Source: Octopus bimaculoides (taxonomy: Eukaryota). From it: DNA of 38,359 nt. The position numbers and the translations under genes are program-made. This document shows, one piece after another, positions 1-11,109 of this stretch (position 1 is the stretch's first letter; each line of letters starts with the position of its first letter). Location: the NCBI RefSeq assembly GCF_001194135.2, contig NC_068984.1:46621583-46659941 (forward strand), read 5' to 3'. The notes beneath the pieces were generated by a model. It searched no databases, was not told the DNA's origin, and was given only the letters and a program-made list of their open reading frames with translations.

Positions 1-62
<62 letters not shown>
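1..62. repeat. (TC)n(TA)n compound microsatellite
   Basis: Direct reading: TC repeat 1-36 followed by TA repeat. Confidence 0.98.
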
Positions 63-67
<5 letters not shown>

Positions 68-153
68 ACACACACATTTGAAGTAAACTCAGCTATAGTG
101 TAATAAACATTAATAAATACATATACTAGTATATATGCTTTGTGTTTATTCTG

Positions 154-458
154 GAGGCTTCAATGGCGTATATATACAATGGAGTATATAAACTGTGATT
201 GTCACCGGTGTTAAAACACCTTAGATATGAACAGGCAAGATAACCTACCCTCTAATATATATGCAATTTCCGGGCATACCAGCGAATGATTCTAATAGCC
301 ATGAGCATATATGTCGTGGACAGGGTAGGTGATTTGCCTTCAAACCCAGGCGGATATGTGATGCTGATAACCCACAAATATGGCGAAACATCGATATCCA
401 TCACTCCAAGCATCGGCGACAATGAGAGTTTATATACTCCGATAGGCATTGAAATCTC
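154..458. mobile_element. MITE-like ~305-bp element with imperfect terminal inverted repeats
   Basis: 181-210 (ggagtatataaactgtgattgtcaccggtg) matches the reverse complement of 411-440 at 26/30. 154-165 (gaggcttcaatg) matches the reverse complement of 447-458 at 10/12. No recognisable protein inside. Confidence 0.5.
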
Positions 459-755
459 TGACACTGGGGTAAAATGTACGAAGCCCAGTACACCAATCAT
501 CACTACACGTCTAATAAGGGAACACTAGGTACATGCATCGCAACCATATGTGCACGACATGGTGATCTCTTATCAAGATAAACAGCGCATGACCTTGCAG
601 GCGGGCCTTAGTTAGAGCTTTCGTCAGGTTGAGTTGCCCATCCTGCTCAAAAGGTCCCTGAATAAGGGTCGCTTAAGTATGTTGAACGAAACACCCATGT
701 TTCCAAAGCTTAATTATCCAAACCCCAGAGAATGCGCCCCACTACACCTGCTCGT
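459..755 (-). mobile_element. Partial copy of unclassified ~550-bp non-coding interspersed repeat (repeat A)
   Basis: tgacactggggtaaaatgtacgaagcccagta...aaggtccctgaataaggg...cccatgtttcca aligns with 785-1060 and with the reverse complement of 14862-15388. Confidence 0.75.
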
Positions 756-770
756 ACTCGTAGGGAATGG

Positions 771-1330
771 CATGCCATCAAAGTGACACTGGGGTAAAAT
801 ATACGAAGCCCAGTATACACACCATGACTTCTAGCCTGATAAGGGTACACCAGGCACATGCATCACAACTATATGCGCGCAGCATGGTGATCTCATATCA
901 AGATAAACAGCACATAAATTTGCAGGTGGGGCCAAGTTAGAATTTTCGTGAAGTCGAGTAGCCCATCACACTCAAAAGGTCCCTGAATAAGGGTTGGTTA
1001 AGTATGTTGAAGGAAACAACCATGTTTCCAAAAGTGAAATATCCAAACCTCAAAAAATTCCTCTCAACACATAGACATGTGTTGCAATGATGCTGTGATG
1101 TTCCCAGACTACTTGTGCCCTTGATTTGGAATGCATATATCATCGGAGACTAAGGGACATGATCAACTGGTTAAAGTCAACCAACTGATAAGCAAAGCTG
1201 TGGTATTGAGAAAAATATTTGTTGTAGCCTATCTTTTATACCGTGACAAAACAATATACACGATAACATTTCTAATCACTTAAGATCAGGAGCCATAACA
1301 GACACTGCCTGGTACTGCATCGAGGCATTT
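771..1330 (-). mobile_element. Repeat A, near-complete copy
   Basis: Collinear with the + strand copy at 14862-15388 from catgccatcaaagtgacactgggg (771) to ggtactgcatcgaggcattt (1330). Abuts an (ATC)n/(ATT)n tract. Strand is given relative to the 14862 copy. Confidence 0.85.
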
Positions 1331-1476
1331 ATCATCATCATCATCATCATCATGATCATGATCATCATCATCATCATCATGATCATCATCATCATCATCA
1401 TCGTTGTCGTGGTCGTCACCGTCATTATTATTATTATTAATATTATTATTATTATTATTGTTATTATTATTATTAA
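1330..1476. repeat. (ATC)n to (ATT)n compound trinucleotide microsatellite
   Basis: Direct reading. Source of the poly-N/poly-D ORF 1286-1537. Confidence 0.97.
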
Positions 1477-3180
1477 CTACTGCATTTAAAGCTAGCACTA
1501 GTAGTTCCTTTGATAATGAAACTAATACGCTATACATTGAGAAAGCTTAAGACCATGCTATATTTTCTTAGACACGTGAGTAAAAACAAGAACACACATA
1601 TGGAATTTTTCTAAATATATTTGATATCTTAACATAGACGCATGTTTTATCATGCGACAAAATTCTAACGCTTTAGAGACATTAATAAAAGACAATGTTC
1701 CGTTACATGCATGACATTGTGCTTAAGATGTCACATTCTCAGTTATTTGGATCTCCAGTCCACCATACCAGTTGATATCGTTAGCAACTAGCTTGTACCC
1801 TATCTTTGTGTCAAACATGAAACTGATGTGAAGAAAATTATGTAGATGTTGGGATTAATTGTGCAACTTCTTGAAAGGTAGCTGTTAATTTCTTGCCCGG
1901 ATACTGAAAATAGAGATTCATTTCATTACGTTTACTCTCTTGCTACTATTATTTGAAGATATCCCCATTTCTTCATATGTTGTTTTCCACATCAGGAACT
2001 CGTGGGTTTTGGTTTTTTGTTCACTTCCTCCATCAAATTCGGAAGTCTTGCAAGAATCATTAGCGCTGATTTTTCTCCTTTGATGTAGCCATGCAAATCA
2101 AGATTTAGTATCGGAAAATGTAATAACATAAATATTTTAGAAATATAGTGATAACTAGATCAATTCAGGAATGGATGGGTTAAGGAACGGTTACTTGAAT
2201 TAATAAGTGGATTACGTTAGTATGCGCTGCAAATCGTTGATTTTGAATGAATACACATCGAATGAAGTGAGAGTAAAGTAAAAAGTGAATGCAGAGTAGG
2301 GGGACAAACGAAGTAGAAATAGAATAGTTAAATAAAGGAGATGCTTGAGTGATTAGAGAGAACAATTATGGCAATTGCTAACAAGACAAAGTGAAAGTAG
2401 CCGAGTTGAAACAATTGGGAAAATCCAATGGGAAACAGTTGAAGTGTTTTGCGGGATAGAAATTTATGAATTGCGAGAAATACTCAGTGACATTATCACA
2501 GTGTAATATTACTCTAAATAACATTAAACACCAAACAACATAAAACTACAAAATAAGGAAAACCAATCAATGAAAGCAACAGAAAAAAAAATAATTTATT
2601 GAATTTTGAACGGTTCTTAGAAATAGTATTAGTAATAAAACAATTGATGTGTAGGTTGATAATTTGACCCTGAGACTCATACGTATATTTTAATAAATGT
2701 TAATATCGATATTGATATCTTCTATTGGCAGTAGGATATATATTTATGGGAAAAGGTCGTAGTTCATTGCATCGACCTTATTGTAGTATATGTGACACTT
2801 CTTAGATCGAATCATCTTTGAACTCGTCAGCATTTTACATAATTATTAATACTTCAACCTCATGTTAACGATTGATGTCCAATATGACGTCATTTGTTCG
2901 AACTAAGATACGACTGAAATATCAACAACGACAAAATGATAATGCAATAAGATTATATTAATCATAGCCCCGTGAATAAATGGAGTGTAGCACATAAATT
3001 TAACTCCTTCACACACGTTATTCGCAGTGTGGTATAGCGTAGTTCGTTGGGAGTTGGTTTCGAATAGTTAGCTTAATTTCTTAGGTGAACGAAATTTGAG
3101 CCTGTAGTAAATTCTCACGCAACCTATTTCAAATTATATACAGAGATGAGATACTGCAGAAAATCTATCATGTACATATG

Positions 3181-3181
3181 T

Positions 3182-3242
<61 letters not shown>

Positions 3243-3387
3243 GGTGGTGGTGGTGGTGGTGGTGATGATNNNNNNNNNNNNNNNNNNNNNNNNNNNNNNN
3301 NNNNNNNNNNNNNNNNNNNNNNNNNNNNNNNNNNNNNNNNNNNNNNNNNNNNNNNNNNAGTAGTAGTAGTAGTAGTAGTAGTAGTTG
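3181..3387. repeat. (TAG)n/(TGG)n microsatellite spanning an assembly gap
   Basis: Direct reading. N-gap at 3270-3358. Confidence 0.95.
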
Positions 3388-3453
3388 TGAAAATAATGAC
3401 GGCGGCAATAACAACAAAATCAATAACAAGAACAACAATAATAATGATAGTGA

Positions 3454-3549
3454 GAAGAAGAAGAAGAAGAAGAAGAAGAAGAAGAAGAAGAAGAAGAAGA
3501 AGAAGAAGAAGAAGAAGAAGAAGAAGAAGAAGAAGAAGAAGAAGAAGAA
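3454..3549. repeat. (GAA)n microsatellite
   Basis: Direct reading, about 32 uninterrupted units. Confidence 0.98.
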
Positions 3550-3599
3550 AATAGTGCCCATAGAATGATGCCCATAGAATAGTGCAATAACATAAACAC

Positions 3600-4625
3600 T
3601 GAACCACGATGACAGACATAGCACGAGTAACGAAAACGAAGTAAGTAACGATATACAACAAACTGAAGCCCTAGGAATGCATAATAACGACCAAAATACG
3701 CTACATCAGAACAACAGTATCAAGAATAAAATTGGGAAGCAATGTGAAACCTAAAAAATGGGAATAATGAATTCGGAAACTATGTTTACGATACTTTAAA
3801 ATTAAACTTAATCAAGGAATTAAAAGTCACAGAATTACTTAGTATGGACCACCAACTTTACCTCACCAAAATTAGTCAACATAATAAGATAGCAACAATA
3901 ATGAAAAGCACAATTTGGCTGTCGTAGACTTAATCGCAACAGAAGCAAATGTCAACATGACCAGACTAAATAAAATAATATATGTGGCAGCCTCTAGGAC
4001 CACAAAAGAAAGTGGATACGCCCTCAGATTCATCCAAATAGCGGTATCACTACTTAAAGACGGATTCGAAATCTAATATCCGAAGAATCAAAGCGTCTAT
4101 GAATCCTTAATAATATTATAACCACACAACAGCACTAAAGTAAAAGGAAGAAAGAAAAATACTACAGAAATATAAAATAACAAAGTAAGATGTATCTGAG
4201 TCACCAGAACATCTAAAGCAAGATATCCTCGCCAGAGCACAAAGAATACATCGGCAAGAAAATTGCAATGATCGTTTGAATAGAATAAGCAGTTTAACAC
4301 CAAGTCTGAACGATTATTCTACTAAGAACTGGGTGAAGATAAAGTAGAGATCAAGGCAACACCAGTAGCAGGTGAAATGGAAGAATTTGGAAAGGAAGAG
4401 AGCCGGAGAAATTACTGCTACAAGAAGGTTTAACTAAAACAACAAAAACAGCACATGAAGCACTTTGGACACCCATAACAACGGAAGGAGTAACGTAGGT
4501 ATTTCAAAAATTAAACGGTTGGAAAGAACTTAAGCACAAGTTTACTAATTTCTGACTAAAATATTTAAATGGGAGGCGTAAGGCGTTGGCAGAACATATC
4601 AATGAGATATTGACGGAAACTGGGA
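3600..4625 (+). mobile_element. Decayed Dong/R4-clade LINE, N-terminal ORF fragment (copy A)
   Basis: Frameshifted translation gives NMTRLNKIIYVAAS, EHLKQDILARAQRIHRQE (4207-4260), NKQFNTKSERLFY*EL..EMEEF and KLNGWKELKHKFTNF*LKYLNGRRKALAEHINEIL (4508-4612). These parallel the R4/Dong pre-RT motifs and copy B. Confidence 0.7.
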
Positions 4626-4639
4626 CTGAATGAAAGTAA

Positions 4640-6443
4640 AATGCAAACCGTTACTCGGTGAGGAACCTGACTGGGTACGAAATATACTCCACTGAGGAAC
4701 TGGGTACGAAATAGCAGCTACTGATTCAAATCTTCCCAAAACACAGGAGCTGAAAGTACTCCACAACCGGAATATTCCAACAGATGGCCATTCAATCTCG
4801 TCATCAAATAACAAAAAAATATGATAAGTGGTCAAGGGGAGATAATAAAGATGTTCTTAACGTCTTCTATCATGCCTTGTATTTCCCCACAAATAAATCT
4901 AATACTGAACAAACCTACCTAAACTGGAGACAGAAACATCATGAAGTAAGACCTTACATAGACAGTAACAAACTTGCCATCGTCAGAAGAAACGTTATGG
5001 AACGGAAATTACTAACTGAATTAGAGAATGACCAAATTAAACAAAAAGTGAGGTATAAAGGAAAGCAAGTTGCGGCTAAAGAAGATACTACTGCGGAAAT
5101 AATTACAGACCGATCGATATCTGATGAAAATGCAGTAATGATAGAAACAGTCAATGTAACAGATAAGCAAAGTGAAATAATCTCTGAACCGACCATTAAC
5201 ACCAAGGCAGATGAAACTCAAATAGATGAAGAACATCATGCAGAAATTGACCCAAATGAACTAGATGATCTAAAAATTCAAATCATGATTGAATAGCTGA
5301 AAATTAAAGAAACCACTATGAATGACCATGACACTCTCCGAAAAATTCGCAAACACTAACCAAAACCTGAAAGTAATTGGTAAAATCCGCGCTGCACTTA
5401 AGGATATAACTTCAGCTATTGATGTTGACATTACAGATCTCAGCCACCTATACTATGCATCCGCAAAGATCTCAACGATTCTATGTGGTGAATGGATTAG
5501 AAAACGAGAGCATTCCCACAAAACGCCTACTTGGCAAGAGTGTGTTCAAAACCAAATTCAGCTATTTAGGTCTCACATAGAATTTTTAAAAAAACCTTAA
5601 GTTTGAGACGAATATGAAGCCAACAAAAATCCGAAAAGTAAAGAAAAAATACAATATGAAAACCATACTTGACACCGATACTACCATACAATCTATCAAG
5701 CAAAAGGTATGTGATAAAGCTGCCCGCATCGCACGGTATGAAAAGCGCGTTAGATTCTTGAAGGAAAACATGTTCAAAACTAATCAAAATTATCCAACAA
5801 TTCTTTACAAGAAGATTAGGAAAATACCATTTACAGTAAAGTCTGTCCCATCAAAAAAAGTGCCGGAATTTTGGAATAAAATTTGGGCAGAAGAAAAAGC
5901 ACAAGAAAAGAGCCCTTCGATTGACTGAATATCTACTAACTTAGACTTCTTATAAGAACAAAAGTGGGAGGGTCTCAAGGTAGAGGCTATAACATCTGGT
6001 CTCAGAGGTTCAAGCAAATGGACGTCTCCAGGAAAGGATAGAATTCTTGACTTCTGGTTGAATATCTTCTCAGAGAGACATGAACTTCTAACAAAACTTT
6101 ACAACAATGTTTTGCAACAACCTAGTACATTTCCATTCTGGCTAGGTAGTGCTGTTATATTTCTACTCCAAAAAATGAAGAAACAATTGAATCCAAAAAT
6201 TATAGACCCATAACCTGCTTAACAACACTGTAGGATCAAGAGATATATAAAGGAAATTGGAATAGAATGCCCAATAGAACTGTTACAAAAGGTTTGCCTC
6301 CTTGGCACAGCCAGAACAATCAGCAAGTTATTAGAGAGGTGAAAAGAATGGATAGCATGGTACCATGGGCTGGAGATAGCAAGCCCGCTACGCATGCACG
6401 TGTCCAGGAGTTCCAACAAAGCCTGTGATAAAAAGAAATAATG

Positions 6444-6470
<27 letters not shown>
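4640..6470 (+). mobile_element. Dong/R4-clade LINE with a large internal deletion (copy B), ending in a (TAA)n tail
   Basis: ORF pieces 4784-5296, 5322-5600 and 5614-5928 give KWSRGDNKDVL..WRQKH, KTPTWQ..IQLFR, IKQKVCDKAARIARYEKR, EFWNKIW, then KWTSPGKDRILDFWL and KNYRPITCLTTL. This joins at ~6230 to the REL C-terminus LLQKVCLLGTARTISKLLER* (stop 6340-6342), followed by a 3' UTR and TAA repeats at 6438-6470. Confidence 0.9.
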
Positions 6471-6475
<5 letters not shown>

Positions 6476-6479
6476 TTTC

Positions 6480-6960
6480 CACAATGGTCGTTAGTTATCA
6501 GACAGTTGGAAACTGCTGGGTAGGTTTTCGAATCTTTTGCATCTGTTTCTTCAGTGTTTGATATTTCATTCTCGTTTATGTTTTTGTAGCAGTGTTATGG
6601 CCTTTTGATCAATACTTCGTGTGTTTAGGCGACCACTTGCCTCTCACAACGTTACCCTTTTTCTTTTTTGTCATTTGATAACGTTTCAGGGACGAGATAA
6701 TAAATGCTCTTTGTAGATTAAATGTGCATTTATCCAAAACTGTGAATGTCTATTAGTCGGTGCTTTCACGTTTACTTTCTACTCCAAATCTTGGAGCATG
6801 AATGAGCTTCAGGTTGTATAATAAGGTTTCTTGAATGAGCAGAATTTTTGGATATTTGTGTATTCTCTTCTTCGAGGTATCATGATTCTATTGTTCATTG
6901 TTACCTTCCTTTTCCAACATGTCAGAGTAGATCCAGCATGTCCTTTAGGCATTTCTTTGC
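6480..6960 (-). mobile_element. Possible decayed APE-endonuclease fragment of a LINE
   Basis: Minus-strand LTCW..(KYP)KILLIQETLL (6860-6820) resembles the APE WN..DIILLQET motif, with a weak LPSSFQLSDN*RPLW near 6520-6480. Many stops and frameshifts. Confidence 0.3.
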
Positions 6961-7659
6961 TTGTGTTGGTGTTTGTGTTGGTTTATTAAAATTTGTGTTT
7001 TTCTATATATAAATTCATATTTGATAGCTCTTCCTTTGACTGCTTCTATATCTTCCTACAGATTCGAGATTAGCCCTTGTTTATCCACGTTTTCAATAAA
7101 CTAGTGAATAAAGAGTTGTCTTGGGTTTCAGTTAACTGTTTGATGTTATTGCTGTTTTCGTAATTATCCTTTTTGTCTTTTCTGTTGGTGATATTTTGCC
7201 GTTACTGTTATTCCTGTGAGACAAGATTACATTAGTTCCCTTCCGTTTGCTTTTTTTTTTTTTTTCTATCGTGCTGGCTTTTGTTGCTGTTCTGGTTGTT
7301 AAACGCGTCGATACTTTGTGAGACACAGTTGGGCGTCTCTTTAGGACTGGTTTTACCATGAATCTAAACACATTCCTTTCTAGCAGGAGAAGCAGTTTTT
7401 TCGGATGCCTAGGTACCTGTTAAATTGCATTCATCTTCTCCTGTTACTATTTATTTCAATAAAGATGATGTAGCCATGTCGGACAATTAAGCTATATAAT
7501 ATGATGCAGAATTTTAGAAATAACTCATAGCCCGTTTCGAGCTCGAAACGTGCTTTCGAACACAATTTCTTTTTCATAGCTAAATCGGAAACAGTGGAGA
7601 AAATTATCGAAAAACTTACCTGTAAAAACACAGCTTGGTATTTATATAATAGCAAAACT

Positions 7660-7660
7660 G

Positions 7661-7710
<50 letters not shown>

Positions 7711-7748
7711 GCTGCTGCTGCTACTGCTGCTACTGCTGCTACTACTAT

Positions 7749-7815
<67 letters not shown>

Positions 7816-7822
7816 GCTGCTG

Positions 7823-7915
<93 letters not shown>

Positions 7916-7932
7916 ACAATAATAATAATAAA
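7660..7932. repeat. Compound (CTA)n/(CTG)n/(AAT)n microsatellite
   Basis: Direct reading. Source of the poly-T/A, poly-S and poly-V ORFs. Confidence 0.98.
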
Positions 7933-7969
7933 GACAATATTCTTAAACAACAACAATGATATAGATATA

Positions 7970-8900
7970 CGTATGAATACCGTAGCTGCCCAAGTGATAA
8001 ATTATAGTTCTATCGTTAGTTGCAATCTAAAAAAATAAACAAGACTAAACAGAAAAAAAGAAACCTCAGAAAATAGAAATAATACTCGCATTTAGAATAC
8101 ACCATCCAAAATATGTCAGAAATATTAAAGATAAAAACATTAGCCATCAACAGAGACAGCCGATGGGCCATGTATAGTAAGAAAACCGTTATATAGCGTC
8201 GATTGTGAGAGTAAGCATATTTAGAAAAATCTGGGTAAAGAAAACGAACGAAAGAAATATTTACTCTCTAAAAGGAACTAAGAAATAAACTAAAAACAGA
8301 AATAGATATGAAGGATGTGGAATAACAAAACTAGAAATCGCGTAAAAGACTAAATTCTCAGCATAATAAAAGACTTTGAAATGCCATGTTAAATTTATGG
8401 AAAAGGAAAGCCCATGCAACGCAAAACCAGAAACATCATAACAAAGCAGTAGTTTACGAAGGTTATTTTGCAAAGTTGTTGCAAAGCAGAGGACTCAGAC
8501 GTGAAAGAATCTTCCATGTAACACAGATTTACTGCCTACTCACCAACAGAATCTGCAAGAAGCATGCAGAATAATGGAAGTAGCTGCAAAATATGAGAAA
8601 ATATAAAGGGAAGAATTACACCCCCCGTCTCCAACTATCATGGCATAACCAAAAAATACATCAATTGTCATGACAGGACTGGAACTTGCGGTTCACAATA
8701 TGACAAAGCGATTATTTGCCAAAATACATCAATATATACACACTAGATAAAATGATGTCGAAAACAACCAGAAAATGAGATAGCTCATGACAAAATTATT
8801 ATCCAAATAGATAACAATGCGTATCACACAGAAAACAGAGAAATCCTTCAGCTATAAAGATCTACAAAGTGTGAAAAACAATGAAGGGGCTAAAAATTGA
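7970..8900 (+). mobile_element. Highly decayed Dong/R4-clade LINE 3' part (copy C)
   Basis: MNTVAAQVINYSSIVSCN..IILAFRIHHPK (7974-8111) resembles the R4/Dong thumb motif INT.A.PV..YS..HHPK. A later TEKSFSYKDLQ (~8836-8868) resembles the REL EK..KY.DL motif. Confidence 0.6.
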
Positions 8901-8964
8901 AAAAAAAAATTGTTTATAATTCTCTCTCGTTTCTTTTTTTCTCCACCCTAGCAATAAAACACTA

Positions 8965-9110
8965 GTGCTAGATTGGTAATTATTTTATCGGCCCCAAAAG
9001 AATGAAAGGTAACGTCGACCACGGGGGAATTTGAACTCAGAACCTAAGATCGGAAGGAATACCACTAAAGATTGTGTCTAGCTTTCTACAGATTCTGTCA
9101 TCTCCTTGCA
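8965..9110 (-). mobile_element. tRNA-derived SINE, family 1, partial
   Basis: ttttatcggccccaaaagaatgaaagg..gtcgacc..ggaatttgaactcagaac matches the copies at 13125-13330 and 15440-15605. The reverse complement gives a B-box-like gagttcaaattcc. Confidence 0.8.
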
Positions 9111-9409
9111 TTAATAGTGCTTACAATATTAGATGATTGGGGACACATAAAATGATACAATAAAATTTATTAAAAAAAAACATGCCATGCAATTTTGTGT
9201 TGAGCGCTTGTAGTACAATAGAAAAGTAATTAAAACAATACGCGTCGTATGTGGAAAGCCCGCAGAGTTGCACTCAGTTATATGGAAAAAGAATGCAATA
9301 AAATGAAGTACGAAAATAAAAATGTGGCAACACGAATGAAAATACAGAACATACTAGTGATAAAGTTAATGGTGAAAATTTTATATGAAGTAAAACGAAA
9401 AAAATTAAA

Positions 9410-9522
9410 ATAGTAGTAGTAGTTGGTGTTATTGTTGTTATTGTTGTTACTATTGTAGTAATAACAGCAGCAGCAGCAGTAGTAGTAGCAGTGGTGGTAG
9501 TAGCAGCAGCAGTTGCTGCAGC
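9410..9522. repeat. Degenerate (TAG)/(TTG)/(CAG) trinucleotide tract
   Basis: Direct reading. Confidence 0.85.
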
Positions 9523-10724
9523 ATCAATAAGAAAGACACAAAACTGAAGCTTTTTCAAAATTTTATGCACACGTCGACGCAAACAATTGACTCAAGCGTT
9601 ATTTTCTACATTTCTTATAGTATGAAATGAGAAAACCTGTTGTGCAGTAAGCATGTTTCGATTGTTACTGCTATCCATTTTAGTAAACAAATAATCACGT
9701 GATATTGTATCGTCACCTCAAAATCTCTTTTCGCTTAACTATAAATTTGTGATATTTCATGAGTTAAATACAAACTGATATTCTCATGCGAATAGAAATA
9801 GTAACGTGACTTATCTAGTCAACCATTTGGCAGAGATTATGTAGAATAAATGATAAATGGGGTTGCGATACATATGATTTTAATTTTATGTAACCAGGAG
9901 ATGCTGTCACACCACGCGGGTACTATAATGTCACATTTCCACTCCCTCAAGCCGTTTAACAAAATTTGTAATCAAACGCCTCAAATTTTACATAATGTTT
10001 GTAAAAGAGAATTTGGGAACAAAATTCTTTTCAGAAATTGTGTAATCAACAATATTTGTCGAGTTCTCCTGTAATCAAATGAACTCCGCATTTGCAGCAG
10101 GAACGTTGATGGTGTTAAGGCTGCAATGATAATTAACTTTGAGGAAAGATTATTGAAACTAAAATAAATATTATTAGATTAAACTTTCTTTAATCCTATT
10201 TCCCTCTGCCAAGAATATTTTGTTTCAATAATTTATCAAGGTTATTTTTTTCGTGCAACAAATTATGTTTGACTTGTTTCTTCCCATCACACAAACCCGC
10301 CACACAATCCCGAACAACCCGCAGCTCAAATGACATTTCGTTGAACTCAGCAATAATTACCCAAACTTGAAACGATTACCTGACCATTTCTAATTGTTTT
10401 ATATGGTTCTATACTGGTTCTGGATTTTCGTGTAATTAAAACTTCGGATGCCTTCTCATGGCAAAACACACATCGAACTGAAAGAGTAACGTTATAGTAA
10501 CTACAGGTGCCTGGATAAAATGACATCATTACATATTTTTTAATTGTTTTTTTTTTATGAGAGAAAAAAACGGCGAAAATGATATTAAAGGAATTCAAAT
10601 CTTTATATTCTCATGTTTAAGGGAATTATATAATCCCAAATAAACGGTGCTGGGTGAGTGGCCGAGGACTGCATGCTATTAGCTTCTAAACATGCACTCT
10701 TCGGGATCTCAGTAATTGGTATTA

Positions 10725-10881
10725 ACCAAGTGGTAAGAAGCTTGCTTCCCAACAACATGGTTCCGAGTTCAGTCCCACTGCGTAGCACATTGGGCAAGTG
10801 TTTTCTATTATTGCCTTGGTCCTACCAAAGCCTTGTGAGTGGATTAGGTAGCATTAAAATGAAAAAAGCCGTCGTATATAT
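10725..10881 (+). mobile_element. tRNA-derived SINE, family 2 (5' half, runs into a microsatellite and gap)
   Basis: gtggtaagaagcttgcttcccaac..gagttcagtcccactgcgt..ttgggcaagtg..ccaaagccttgtgagtggatt..gccgtcgtatatat aligns with 22422-22590. Confidence 0.85.
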
Positions 10882-11109
10882 NNNNNNNNNNNNNNNNNNN
10901 NNNNNNNNNNNNNNNNNNNNNNNNNNNNNNNNNNNNNNNNNNNNNNNNNNNNNNNNNNNNNNNNNNNNNNNNNNNNNNNNNNNNNNNNNNNNNNNNNNNN
11001 NNNNNNNNNNNNNNNNNNNNNNNNNNNNNNNNNNNTGTGTGTGTGTGTGTGTGTATTTGTATAGAATGTTAGTTGTGATGTACAGAAAATGAATATTGAG
11101 AAAAAAAGT

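Noticed and set aside
1750-2110. Minus-strand peptide GMVDWRSK resembling the papain VDWR motif
   Set aside because: A stop follows immediately and no other protease motifs are nearby; chance match.
3020-3070. tRNA-like A/B boxes (tggtatagcg...gtttcgaat)
   Set aside because: Spacing is too short and no cloverleaf forms; at most a decayed SINE head.
7520-7560. Hammerhead-like ..cgaaacgt motif
   Set aside because: No CTGANGA core (ctcatag), the triplet would be GTG, and there is no stem I pairing.
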